Assembly (NCBI GenBank): GCA_951406725.2
Contig: OX597814.1
Coordinates: 112,406,001-112,470,000 of the forward strand
Source: Octopus vulgaris
Taxonomy: Eukaryota
Length of the DNA: 64,000 nt
Direction: 5' to 3'
Shown: piece after piece, positions 29,471 through 43,217 of the stretch
Numbering within the stretch: the stretch's first letter is position 1
Layout of the letters: the number at the start of each line of letters is the position of its first letter
Position numbers and translations under genes: made by a program
The notes under the pieces: model-generated
The model's database searches: none
Told to the model about the DNA's origin: nothing
What the model saw: only the letters and a program-made list of their open reading frames with translations

Positions 29471-30362
29471 ATATGTATGTATGTATATATATATATGTAT
29501 GTATGTATATATGTTGTTGACATCGTGAGAATTTTATAGACGTTCGAAATAATGAGCGCATCCACTTCCAAGTAAGATTATTTTCATTTTTTTTTTAAAC
29601 AGTGGATCTCGAATCACATCAAGATATAAATAATATCATATAGATTATGGGGTTGAAAAACCTCTTTGTACGGAAAACGGGACACAAACCTACATCCCTT
29701 GCAAACATGGGAAGCGTTCTACTTACATTGTCGTTCTTGCTACATATACATACAACCCATCGATGTTTATTGTGCTTTTAACATGGCACCTTCTAAATAA
29801 ATGTTATCTCAGGACAAATACCGCAGTAACTGGCGTATATGTATCAGCAGCGTGTATACATTAAGTATGATACCTAGGTGGCGATTTTGATTAAATTCTG
29901 TTTCAATTGCTTTTTCTTTCTTCTTTCTATTTTTCTTTCTTTATTCCTACCTTTATGTTGTTGACATCGTGAGAATTTTATAGACGTTCGAAATAATGAG
30001 CCTTTCTTTTTGTTTGTTTCTTTCTTTATTGTCTTTCTATCTTTGTGCCTAGTGTAGAAAAGAACATCACATCAAGATATAAATATGTATATGTCGCACG
30101 ATGTGTGTGTGTGTTTGCGAGTGCATGTATGTGCGTGCATGTGCGAGTGTGTGGCTGTGTGCATGTATATATGAATACGTGTATGCGTGTGTATGTATTT
30201 GTGTGTGCGCGTGTGCGTATGTGTGTGTATATTGATTAAAATAAGTTTTAATCAGGGAGAGTCAAATGTATAGTGGTGAACAATTTCGCTGGTACTTCAT
30301 CACACACACACACACACACACACATACACTCACAATCGGGTACACATATGTATAGATGCACG

Positions 30363-30403
<41 letters not shown>

Positions 30404-30405
<2 letters not shown>

Positions 30406-30658
30406 GTACATAAATGTTTATATCCTTTTTCTTTTATTTGTTTCAGTCATTTGACTGCGGTCATTCTGGAGGATCACCTTTAGTCGAGAAATCTACCCCA
30501 GGACTTATTCTTTGTAAGCCTAGTACTTATTCTACCGGTTTCTTTGCCGAACAGCTAAGTTACGGGGACGCAAATACACCAGCATCGGTTGTTAAGCGAT
30601 GGTGGTGGACAAACACAGACGCACAAACACACACACACACGCATATATATATATATAT

Positions 30659-30722
<64 letters not shown>

Positions 30723-31621
30723 CGACGAGCTTCTTTCAGTTTCCGTCAACCAAATCCACTCACAAGACTTTGGTCGGCCCGAGGTTAGAGTAGAAGACGT
30801 ATGCCCAAGATGCCACGCAGTGGGACTGAAACTGGAACCATGTGGTTGGTAAGCAAACTACTTACCACAATGCCACGCCTGCGCCTTGGGCAAACGTCTT
30901 CTACTCTAACCTCGGGCCGACCAAAGTCTTGTGAGTGGATTTGGTTGACGTATATATATATATTTCAGTAAAAACAATTAAGATTCAAGTGAATTCCAAT
31001 GAATTCAAATGAATGCGGTACTTAACTTAGATGCACCAGAAATCTTTATGGTATTAACCATAAAATAATGTGGGGCGATTATAAACAAGAAAATAATGTC
31101 CTTATTTGGTCGGTTTCTGCTTCACTGACTTTTTTGCGACTTCTTTTAGCCACTATAGCCAAACTCTTCTTCCAACAACTTAGTTGTGAAATGAATAGAT
31201 GTGTGATCAACATCTCCTCATACATCAGGAAATTACATCTGCATTATTATGGATACATTCACCCTCTCTGTGAATAACATCTTTCATCATATCTCCGGAA
31301 ATTACATCTGCATTATTATGGATGGATTTACCTTCTCTGAGAAGTTAACAATCATTTTAAAAACCTTTTATAAAACTGTGCATCATTTGAAAAACATCAT
31401 TTGAAAGTCTGCTTACAATCTAACTTTGAATTTCATAGAACTCTCTTCAATACTTCATGAGGGTAGCCTCACTCCCTAGGATGTTTGGAAAACTCATATG
31501 TGTTTTGGCTGATGAATACGGGACATTTGTATTTGCTGAAATATTTGCAGCTTTAAATAAAACTGTTCTTCGTATGAAACAATTGTACTGAACAACTAAT
31601 CCATTCTTGTTGCTTTTTTCT

Positions 31622-31664
<43 letters not shown>

Positions 31665-31901
31665 GTACATAAATGTTTATATCCTTTTTCTTTTATTTGT
31701 TTCAGTCATTTGACTGCGGTCATTCTGGAGGATCACCTTTAGTCGAGAAATCTACCCCAGGACTTATTCTTTGTAAGCCTAGTACTTATTCTACCGGTTT
31801 CTTTGCCGAACAGCTAAGTTACGGGGACGCAAATACACCAGCATCGGTTGTTAAGCGATGGTGGTGGACAAACACAGACGCACAAACACACACACACACG
31901 C

Positions 31902-31994
<93 letters not shown>

Positions 31995-32894
31995 CGACGA
32001 GCTTCTTTCAGTTTCCGTCAACCAAATCCACTCACAAGACTTTGGTCGGCCCGAGGTTAGAGTAGAAGACGTATGCCCAAGATGCCACGCAGTGGGACTG
32101 AAACTGGAACCATGTGGTTGGTAAGCAAACTACTTACCACAATGCCACGCCTGCGCCTTGGGCAAACGTCTTCTACTCTAACCTCGGGCCGACCAAAGTC
32201 TTGTGAGTGGATTTGGTTGACGTATATATATATATTTCAGTAAAAACAATTAAGATTCAAGTGAATTCCAATGAATTCAAATGAATGCGGTACTTAACTT
32301 AGATGCACCAGAAATCTTTATGGTATTAACCATAAAATAATGTGGGGCGATTATAAACAAGAAAATAATGTCCTTATTTGGGCGGTTTCTGCTTCACTGA
32401 CTTTTTTTGCGACTTCTTTTAGCCACTATAGCCAAACTCTTCTTCCAACAACTTAGTTGTGAAATGAATAGATGTGTGATCAACATCTCCTCATACATCA
32501 GGAAATTACATCTGCATTATTATGGATACATTCACCCTCTCTGTGAATAACATCTTTCATCATATCTCCGGAAATTACATCTGCATTATTATGGATGGAT
32601 TTACCTTCTCTGAGAAGTTAACAATCATTTTAAAAACCTTTTATAAAACTGTGCATCATTTGAAAAACATCATTTGAAAGTCTGCTTACAATCTAACTTT
32701 GAATTTCATAGAACTCTCTTCAATACTTCATGAGGGTAGCCTCACTCCCTAGGATGTTTGGAAAACTCATATGTGTTTTGGCTGATGAATACGGGACATT
32801 TGTATTTGCTGAAATATTTGCAGCTTTAAATAAAACTGTTCTTCGTATGAAACAATTGTACTGAACAACTAATCCATTCTTGTTGCTTTTTTCT

Positions 32895-32896
<2 letters not shown>
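30404..32896. repeat. Near-identical tandem duplication (units 30404-31623 and 31663-32896), each with a minus-strand family-A SINE plus about 670 bp of other sequence
   Basis: The units differ only in microsatellite length, one substitution (ggtcgg/gggcgg) and one poly-T length. All boundaries lie in (TA)n. Confidence 0.95.
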
Positions 32897-32943
<47 letters not shown>

Positions 32944-33184
32944 GAATAATAATTTTTTTGTATGTTTATATACATATATACACTCAATACATACACACAC
33001 ACAGGCACACATACACACACTCACACACATACACGCACGCTCGAACACACATGCATACACAGATATGTATAGATGCACATGTATATATATATATATACGC
33101 CTAAATTTTTATATACATGTGCAAATGAATAATATATTCTCTATATGCATATATACATATATACACTCAGTACACACACACACG

Positions 33185-33229
<45 letters not shown>

Positions 33230-34958
33230 AAATAATACAGTGTGTGTGTATAACTCACTCTCTACATCACACATTCCACTCCTCTGCTCAATATTTCTCT
33301 ATTTTTAGTCTCATTGTCTTACTCGTTTTTCTTCCACCACCACCACCACTACCAGCACCGCCTCCGTTATCTCTCCCCCATCTCCTCTTCTCCTCCTCTG
33401 CCTTTTCCTCTTCCACCCACTCTCCTCCCTTTTCTCTCTTCAACGAACCCTAGCCAAATAACTCCGCACACTGAAGAGTGTTAAGAAAATAGGCAAACAA
33501 CACCACGATGCGCGATGAGAATTGCTTCAAGAAATTGATCTCGACACCGAGACATTTTCAAGAATATTACCGAATCACAAAGAAATCCTATCAACAGGCA
33601 CTAGAATATTGGCGCCAGCGTTCTTTGGTATTTGGCGATGCTTTCTCTCTTTCTCGTCTTCGTTTTCTTCTTCTTTTTTCGTCTTCTTCTTTTTTTTTCC
33701 TTCGAACTTTATACGTCAGCAAAAACTCGCAATATTTCGACTTTCTTGTTTCACTGATATATGTATATGTATATATATATATATCTTGCATGTACACACA
33801 CACGCACATACAAACACATCACACAAACACCCATGCAAACACACACACAAACACACAAACAAACACTCACACACAAACACACATACACATATATATACAA
33901 TAATACATACATACACGTCTATATTATATATATGTATATATGCATATGTGTACTTAATAAGTCTGTATATATATATATGTGTGTGTGTGTATATATATAT
34001 CTGTATATACATATATATATATAAGTACATATGTGAGTGCATATTGATGTGTGTATATATATATATCCGTATACATGCATAAATATATACATACATACAC
34101 ATATATATATATATATATACATACAGACACAAATACATATATACATGCTTACACATCAAGATATATAGACACATGCACACAAGTATACTAACACACACGC
34201 ACACACATATGTACTCTACTCTTTTGCGTACATACTGACACGTATTCTTATTGATGCACTTTGCGCAATGTATTCTTATTTATGTATTAAAGTACATTTG
34301 ATACATATGTACATATTTGCCTTTCGTGCGTAGAGGAAAGTGTGGCCGGGTACTGCTCTTAAGAAGTTTGCTACCCGACCATGAAGACCTCATGTTCGAT
34401 CTTATTACGCGTAGGATCTTAGACACCAACACTATTATGCAGGACATTTCATTTGAAATAAATACTCTCGGGAGGACGCAAGCCCCGTGATTGAAGCTGG
34501 TGATTGAATGTGAAGAGAATCCTATTGGATTTGTAGATTCTCTGTGTAATTCATTTGAGAATTGCTCGTTGAAACAGGTGATGGATCCATCAGTGCACGT
34601 TTGCACACACACATATCATTTACCATATATATGTGCTACTAGCGGTTTTTGCTTCGGAAACATGATCAATAATACGTTAATCGGTCACCTAGTAAATGAA
34701 ATATGATGTATTTATATGGTAAACAACGTAATTCAGATTATGTGACATAAATATAATGTAGATAACTTTACAGTTATTTCATTGAAAATCTTTAACTGTA
34801 GGAAGTGAAATGAGAGTGAAATATTCCTTTGCTCTTTCAATAAACAAAAAAAAAAGAAGGCTACCTTCTTCCAGACCTGTTTAACAAAAGAATTTAAACT
34901 TACAACGCCTTCTGTCTATCTGTCTCTATCTCTATCTCTTTCTCCCCTTTTCTCTCCC

Positions 34959-35005
<47 letters not shown>

Positions 35006-35036
35006 GCCTCTCTTCTCTCTCTCTCTCTCCCTCTCT

Positions 35037-35089
<53 letters not shown>

Positions 35090-35170
35090 ATGGATGTATC
35101 TGTGTATGTATGTGTGTATGTATGCATATACATATATATACATAGAAATATATACATATGTGGAGGAGAG

Positions 35171-35503
35171 GAGTCTCCCTTCGGTCATGACTGACCACAT
35201 GATAGCACCTAGAAAGTTACCCTCCGAGGCACAAGTCCGGGAAGGGTTGTTTGTGGACGACCAGCAGTCGCCCATGCATACCACCCTATGCTCTCCACAC
35301 CACTGATGTTCTCCAAGGGAAAGGCAAAGGGGCCGATACAGCTTGGCACCAAGGACATCGCAACTCATTTCTACAGCTGAGTGAACTGGAGCAACGTGAA
35401 ATAAAGTGTCTTGCTCAAGAACACAACATCCAGCCCGGTCCGGAAATCGAAGTCAACCTCAAGATCGTAAGCTCGACGTTATAACCACCGAGCCATGTGC
35501 CGT
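35171..35503 (-). mobile_element. tRNA-headed SINE with family-D core and a different tail
   Basis: 35361-35426 (caactcatttctacagctgagtgaactggagcaacgtgaaataaagtgtcttgctcaagaacacaa) matches 19848-19914. The tail 35171-35360 is unrelated to the D tail. Confidence 0.82.
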
Positions 35504-36160
35504 CACACACACACATATATATATGTATATATATATATTTTATCATTTATTTGTTTCAGTCACTAGACTGTATGTGTGTGTGTGTGTGTGTGTGTGTACA
35601 CCTCTACCTAGCAGTAGCGTCCGTACAATCAGCAGAGTCACTACAGACCCGCCAACAAATAGCAACAAATGACTTACAACCTCGCTGGTTGCATATTCCG
35701 CAGTATAATCTACGAAAGCTCCTGTGGCTCAGCTGTCTGCAAGATTGCTACCCTATCCGCATGGCTTTGGTGCTCCGCTCCTTCCCGTTAAAATGACGTG
35801 ACGAATATCTTTTGGTCACAATATCCCGTTTGTCTTCGTTACTGTGGATGGCAGGATTTCCATTGGTTGCCCGTCTGTCGGTCACATGATATATGGGAAC
35901 GTTTGTTTGTGTATGTCAACTTCTATCAAAACTCTAACATATATACTCTTGTGTGTATACATAAGCAGCTTCTACTCCATCACCGCTCCATTTTTGTCCT
36001 AGGTTATACATGTGTATGTTTGTGTTTGCGTGCGTGCGTTCGCTGTGTATGTATGTCTATGTGTATATTTGTATGCAGATTTATGTCTATTTATACAGAC
36101 ATATATACACATATATTTACGTTTACGTACGTACACAGGAATAATGCGTTCCTTGTAATA

Positions 36161-36232
<72 letters not shown>

Positions 36233-36268
36233 GATAGAGATAGATATATATTTATATATAGATAGAGA

Positions 36269-36328
36269 TAGAGAAAGAGAGGGAGATAGAGATTACAAGG
36301 ACACTTTTTATGCACGTGTATGTGTGTG

Positions 36329-36389
<61 letters not shown>

Positions 36390-36458
36390 TAGATATTTCT
36401 CTCTCTCTATCTATCTATCTATATATGTACATACATACATACGTACACACACATATAC

Positions 36459-36490
<32 letters not shown>

Positions 36491-36545
36491 ACGTATGTAT
36501 GTATGTACATATATAGATAGATAGATAGAGAGAGAGAAATATCTA

Positions 36546-36594
<49 letters not shown>

Positions 36595-36654
36595 CACACA
36601 CATACACGTGCATAAAAAGTGTCCTTGTAATCTCTATCTCCCTCTCTTTCTCTA
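36269..36654. repeat. Large inverted repeat centred on a (TA)n tract
   Basis: tagagaaagagagggagatagagattacaaggacactttttatgcacgtg... is mirrored by ...cacgtgcataaaaagtgtccttgtaatctctatctccctctctttctcta. Confidence 0.95.
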
Positions 36655-36694
36655 ACTCTATCTATCTATCTGTCTATATGTATATATGAATATA

Positions 36695-36726
<32 letters not shown>

Positions 36727-36830
36727 CAAATATATACATATACATATACATACATACATATATATATATATACAATATATATATTTATACATATATACAT
36801 ATATATATACATATATATATATACATATAC

Positions 36831-36871
<41 letters not shown>

Positions 36872-37460
36872 CTTATATATACATACATACATACGTACAT
36901 ACATACATAGACGAAGACATACATGGTTTATATATGACATACGTCCGTGTAATTGTATGTTGTTTCCTTGAGAATGACAGTTTATAGGAGTGTTTAAGTG
37001 TCTAAGTCAACAGGGGAGGCAAGTGTCTGAAGTAACGTTGGCACTTTTGATTTCTTTAACAGACGCACTTCTTCATTTCACTGCTGCTGCTGGTGCTACT
37101 GCTGCTCTCGATACCGCTGCTGCTGCTGCTGCTGCTTCCTCATCATAATGTTTGTGAAGGTAACCGAATTTGGCGTTTTACTTTTCTTCTTCTTGTGGCT
37201 ATTAATGGCAGTGCGTCGAACAAAATGCTTAATGAATTTCATTGTTCCGACTCCTTACTGCGTTTCTCAAATTTCAAATTCCACCGATGTCTACTTTCCC
37301 TTTCATCGTATCACCCTCGACACAATAGAGTACCAGTCATGCAGTGGGTGGATGATGCTGACTAGTCCTCTCTCCTCAAACTTTTGATCTTTATCCCTAA
37401 GTTTCAAGCCTTTATTAGGGACTGATGGTTAGGGCGGTAAGTTGGTAACGCGTCCTACAT

Positions 37461-37510
37461 CAGTGGTTCCCAACCTGGGCTCCGCGGACCCTTCGGGGCC
37501 CGTGAACTGA
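37461..37510 (+). mobile_element. Possible hAT (Charlie-like) terminal fragment
   Basis: Begins CAGTGGTTCCCAACCTGGG, typical of Charlie-type ends. The other end was not found. Confidence 0.45.
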
Positions 37511-37527
37511 ATTCATACATACATACA

Positions 37528-37596
<69 letters not shown>

Positions 37597-37925
37597 TTTT
37601 TTACTTGTTTCAGTCATTTGACTATTCTTTGTAAGCCTAGTACTTATTCTATCGGTGTAGTTTACTGAACCGCTACGTTACAGGAACGTAAGCACACCAG
37701 CATCGGTTGTTAAGCGATGGTGGGGGGGGGGGGGGACAAACACAGACACACAAACATGCACACACACACACATATATATGTATACGACGGGCTTCTTTGA
37801 GTTTCCGTCTACCTAATCCACTCACAAGGCTTTAGTAGAAGACTAAGGTGCGGCGCAGTAGGACTGAAACCCGGAGCCATGTGGTTGGGAAGCAAGGTAC
37901 TTACCACACAGCCACGCCTGCACCT
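37597..37925 (-). mobile_element. SINE family A with internal deletions
   Basis: ttacttgtttcagtcatttgact...ttaccacacagccacgcctgcacc. Confidence 0.85.
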
Positions 37926-38231
37926 ACACAGAAAGTATATATTGTTTTTACTTCAAATCTTCATAAATTTTTAATGATATTTGATAAGATGAAATTCATC
38001 GAAACCGGTAAAATATTCACTTTATATAATTTTAAAAATCATTTTTATTAAATTCCCTCTGAAATTACTTCTGTGCTATTCTCTATCTTTTTATATATAT
38101 AAATCTGGTTTGTATAGATCTTTAATCTTTTTTCACACACACACGCATATATATATATATATATATATATACAGAGTGAGAGAGAGAGGGGGGAAGGGAG
38201 TGAGAGACAAAAAGACACAGAGACAGAGAGT

Positions 38232-38401
38232 TGAAATTTACAGAAAAACAAAAGACGAAGAGCGTGTATTAGTTTGACACTCGGGAAGGTGAGCAAGTTT
38301 TTAATGTTTCGGGCCTACGCTCTTCAACAGAAAAGAACACGAGGAAATAAACAGAAAGAAAATATTAAAAAAAATTTTTGGAGTTAGCAGTCAATCATTG
38401 C

Positions 38402-38404
<3 letters not shown>
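38232..38404 (-). mobile_element. Penelope-like terminal remnant with CUGUUGA hammerhead-like motif
   Basis: Minus strand: tcttttCTGTTGA-agagc-gtag-gccc-GAAA-caTT. Homologous to 6695-6826 and 51010-51190. Confidence 0.6.
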
Positions 38405-38452
<48 letters not shown>

Positions 38453-38689
38453 AGGACAAGAATATTAAAAGAAAAAAAATAATGCGGTTACACATAGGTA
38501 ACGGAACATATATACATGCACTCATATGAATATGTAAGAAGCTAATGGCTGCTGATTATAATTTTTGCTAGTTTAATAAAGTCAGCATGTTAAACTAACA
38601 GACCTTTCAATATCCTGGGGTCTGTAGGAAGACTCATTTAAATAAAAGGGGGTCTTTAGTAGTGAAAAGGTAAGGAATCACTGTCCAAA

Positions 38690-38878
38690 CATTATTTGTT
38701 CTGGTTTTTATTATTTGTACATTATTTACATTATTTATATTGGATGGATATGTGTCCTCACCTTGTTTATTGTTACCACAACGTTTCGGCTGATTTACAC
38801 TCCAGTTTTCATCAGGCTTCCTAGTAGAACTTTGAACCCAACCCTGGGTTCTCATTTCTAAGGTATTTTTTGCCGATG
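38690..38878 (-). mobile_element. Short repeat-like segment with degenerate hammerhead core
   Basis: Minus strand CTGATGA-aaactgg...cagcc-GAAA-cg-TT (38779-38815). Stems I and II are partly mismatched. Confidence 0.45.
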
Positions 38879-38908
38879 TTGTTGTTGTAGTTATTATTAT
38901 TATCATCA

Positions 38909-38984
<76 letters not shown>

Positions 38985-39016
38985 CATTATTATTATTATC
39001 ATTATTATTATTATTA

Positions 39017-39062
<46 letters not shown>

Positions 39063-39710
39063 CATATTTGGCTTTTGCTTTGTATTTGCACAAATTGACT
39101 CCAAGTCTCATCCGCAGACTTCAAGAAACAAGTTAAAAAGTTCATTTTGGTGTTATGACTAGGGTGCCATATATTTGGTTTTGCACGTAGTATTGTTCTA
39201 GTGAATGTTTAAGAAAACATAAGAAAATTATTCGTTTGTTTTAAAAGTAATTTGATTATAAAGATGTTAAGATGAAGGTAAAAGGTGTTTGCTGTTGTGA
39301 ACATTTAAAAGTATTTTGACACTGTTTACGGATTAAAATATTTTGGGGATTCCATAGACAATATTTTACGTAGGACATGGGCAGTTCCTATGAGCACTAT
39401 CTTTTTAATTTCTTCCATTTTTGGATTTCCTGGTGTCTGAGTTAGGTATCAATCACCCCCTTTCACTATTATTCCTATGACAACAAGTATTATTTTAGTC
39501 TTGACGTTCCACATTTTACCAATTCCTATTTCAAGTTCTTTACACTTGCTCAGTTTTTGGTAGGTCTTGACAGATACGTTTATGTCGATTGAGACAGTCA
39601 TATCGATGAAGAGGCATGATTTTTGTATGAAATCATTCAATATAATGTCTGGCCTATTTGCATCTATCTTTCTGTCAGTTTGAACCGAGAAGTTCCAGAG
39701 AGGTGAAATG
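39063..39710 (-). mobile_element. R4/Dong-like RLE non-LTR retrotransposon, 3' fragment with 3' UTR
   Basis: LWNFSVQTDRKIDANRPDIIL...FIDMTVSIDINVSVKTYQKLSKCKELEIGIGKMWNVKTKIILVVIG (RLE PD..D motif), then EIKKIVLIGTAHVLRKILS. Ends in (AAT)n. Confidence 0.88.
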
Positions 39711-39908
39711 TGGTAAATTCCGATTTCTCTAGAGTATTTCTCGAACTTGGCTGTTCCAGAAACTCTTCTTCTTCTTCTTCTTCTTCTTCTTCTTCTTCTT
39801 CTTCTTCTTCTTCTTCTTCTTCTTCTTCTTCTTCTTCTTCTTCTTCTTCTCATTATTATTATCATTATTATTATTATTATTATCATTATTATTACTATTA
39901 TTATTATT

Positions 39909-40011
<103 letters not shown>

Positions 40012-40049
40012 GAAGAAGAAGAAGAAGAAGAAGAAGAAGAAGAAAGTGA

Positions 40050-40206
40050 GGCAAAATGCTTAACGGTATTAACAGTTTGAGTTCAAACTCCATCGCGTAC
40101 GACTTCGCCTTTATTCTTTTCAGGGTCGATAAATTAAGTACCGGTCGATGTAACTGACGTGTCCCCTCCCATCAAATTTCAAGCCTTGTGCCTTTAATAG
40201 AAGGGA

Positions 40207-40282
<76 letters not shown>

Positions 40283-40510
40283 CATCATTAAAAAGGTGGT
40301 GAGCTGGCAGAAGTATTTGCACGCCGGCCAAAATATCTAACGGCCTTTCTTTCCTCCTTACGTTCTGAGTTCAAATGACACAAAGTTCGACCTTGCTTTT
40401 CATCCTTTCGGGGTTGATAAAATAAGTACCAGTTGATCACAGGGATCGATATAATTAACTAGCCCCCTCCCCCAAGATCTCAGGCCTTGTGCCTATAGTA
40501 GAAAGGATTA
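40050..40510 (+). mobile_element. Two SINE family B copies separated by (ATT)n
   Basis: Copies at 40050-40208 and 40294-40510 with gagttcaaa...tcatcctttcggggttgataaaataagtaccag...ccttgtgcctatagtagaaaggatta. Confidence 0.85.
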
Positions 40511-41849
40511 TATAAATGATGGTATATATACAAATCGAAAGAGCGCCAAAGAAATTATGTCCTGGCTAATTAACTAAATCCTTTTATGGCATTCTTTAAA
40601 TATCGCCGACGACAAATTTGACATTGTTCCACCCCGCCCAGGGAAAATTTGACATTGCTTCACGAGTGTCATCTCGACATAATAATACTACATTGTTTCG
40701 CCACAAGTATTATTGTCATCCATAAACTTTCTCCTCATTGCCTGTCTGCACTGTTATTACTATACTTTCCTCTAAGTATACCAATTTTATCCTTATAGTA
40801 TGTTCCCTCATCATTCCTATGGTTACATTTTCCTCAAATCCCTCGATATTTTCACGGCAAATCCCTCCACCACCACCGTTGTCTCTGTGCTTGCTAAGGT
40901 ACAATTAGGAATAAGAGTACACCATAAACTCACATTAACATTAGCTTTACCGTTAATCCTTTCAACATACGTTTTAACCAACATAGTTATTCATTGATAA
41001 AAATTCATGAAAGCGCCTTTCAAGTACATTCTATCTTTTAACATAGATAAGTTTAACTGCTCTTAAAAATCGAAATGGTCAGTTCCTAAATGTAATGTAC
41101 AATCCTATGCGCATGACAGCTTTCGTTTGAAACAAATAGATTATCTTTTAATGAAAAGTTATTCACTTAATTTCAAGATATTTATGATATAATGAGAGGT
41201 CTGAAATGCTGGGCTGGCGCAAGCACACTTCATAGTTCTCACTTTCCAACTACATATCACATAAGAGGCCCAAAATATTTACTACTTTATTACTTCATGC
41301 TGAAGATGTTTATGATTTTGAATTATCTTCGTTTCGTAGCCAGAAACTTTTACCCTTATAATTTTTTGTTTTTTAATCTTATTTTTATATCCATGTCACT
41401 GTATTAAATGAACTGATTAAAAACCCAAAGCCTACGTTTGTGATCGGGAATTTCGTTTCCCCTTTCTACATTTGTTTTAGTAAACATGTATATACAGCAG
41501 ACACACACACACGTGTGTGTGTATCTTTAGTTAGATAAATGTAGGCAAACACATATATATATATATGTATACATACATACTCATATACAAATACATATAC
41601 ATATATTATGCGCGCGCGCACGCGCACACATGCGCATGCACATAAGTTGGACCTCTATATACGAACCAAATTTATCATTTTTAATCATAAACTTTTAGTC
41701 CCTTATATTTTCTTGTATGCCATCAAGAAACTATATCTTATTATCCCCCAATAATGAGTTCTCCCCCATTTATTAGTGTTTCCCCATAGTATCCTGACGA
41801 AAGTTATTTAGAATCTTTCCACATTAGTAACATGTACAAACGAGGATAA

Positions 41850-42160
41850 GAAGATTAGCGATGGTGCAGATCTCAGAAGCATACACGCAGGTGAGTTTCT
41901 CTTAAAAGTTTTCGTTCCCTGGCAGTGCTACATCGATGAGGCAAATGAGAGCAAGGGAATGAAACATGCTGAGCTGTTGAGACTATGCCTAAGCAAAAGG
42001 TGGCAATCAATGTCTAATCTCCGGGATGTGTGCTGTGGAGAATTTATAGGCCGGTTATCCCTCTGCAGAGCTTACGCCAGTAGGAAAAAAGCGATCGGGT
42101 TGGTTGTGGAAGCAGCTGAGGCTAACGTAAGGCGGGTGTGGATCAGAAGGTGCTAACCCT
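41850..42160 (+). mobile_element. HERO-like RLE non-LTR retrotransposon C-terminal remnant
   Basis: MVQISEAYTQV...VPWQCYIDEANESKGMKHAELL..C..K.W...DVCCGEFIG..SLCRAY..RKKAI...EAAE...RRVWIRR matches the ELTVPWE...EA.ERK..KY..L...GW...EVGCRGF pattern. Confidence 0.7.
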
Positions 42161-42604
42161 GAAAGGGATAGTGCTTCTAAGGGTAGTACTAACCATAGAG
42201 AAGGTGGGGTTTGATCAACCTTGCTCATATTATATGGGTGAGGATGTCAGATGTTGAAACACACGAAACACTTAATGACACTAGGGGAAAACATTAACCA
42301 ATAAGACACGAAACCCGAAATAACACCCGTATAAGCAGTTGTTTGCATGACTATATGTATATATATGTATGTATGTGTGTGTGTGTGTGTGTGTGTGTTT
42401 GTGCACAAACATACACACACACATATATATATACACGCACCCACATACACATGCACACATATAAACAAACACATGTATATATATTGAGAGATAGATAGAT
42501 GGATAGATGGATAGATAGACAGACAAACATACATACATACATACATACATACAGACAGACAGACAGACAGACAGACAGGCAGAGAGACAGACAGACAGAC
42601 AGAC

Positions 42605-42689
<85 letters not shown>

Positions 42690-43165
42690 TAGACTGGCAA
42701 TTATATTGGCAGATAGTTAAGGAGAGTGGTAGAGACACACAGACACGCACAGGGGAAACTCAGAGATATATATAAATAGAGAGAGAGGGGGGACAGAATG
42801 ACACATAGAGAGTTAAAGCGACAAAGAAAACCAACTTATATAAACCTTTCATTCCACTCCATATACAAAATTCTTCAATGCAAGTGAAAAAAAAGGAAGT
42901 GTATATATATACTAGACATAGTATTTTTTAAAACACTTCTCCACTAAATCATTTATATTATTTATCTTTTTTCATCTATATCTCAAGTTAATAGGATTTT
43001 AGTACATAATTAGTTAAAGCGACACACAGACATATATCTAGATTGCTTCATATCTAACGGAATAACGAGTGAGATAAAAGTATAAACCATTTTCTTAAGT
43101 TTCTAATATCGACGACATTCACGAGTTTACCTTCAATATCAATCGTTGACCATTTCATATATATA

Positions 43166-43217
<52 letters not shown>

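Noticed and set aside
31505-31552. CTGATGA...GAAA hammerhead-like motif (duplicated near 32782)
   Set aside because: Stem II does not close next to GAAA and there is no convincing stem I. It may be a decayed motif but cannot be supported.
33470-33560. CTGAAGA-gtgt...acacc-GAGAC motif
   Set aside because: The GAAA box is mutated and the pairing ambiguous.
41861-41896. Apparent mini-exon ATG...CAG|GTGAGT
   Set aside because: It is better explained as part of the HERO-like RLE remnant, whose protein similarity continues across the site.
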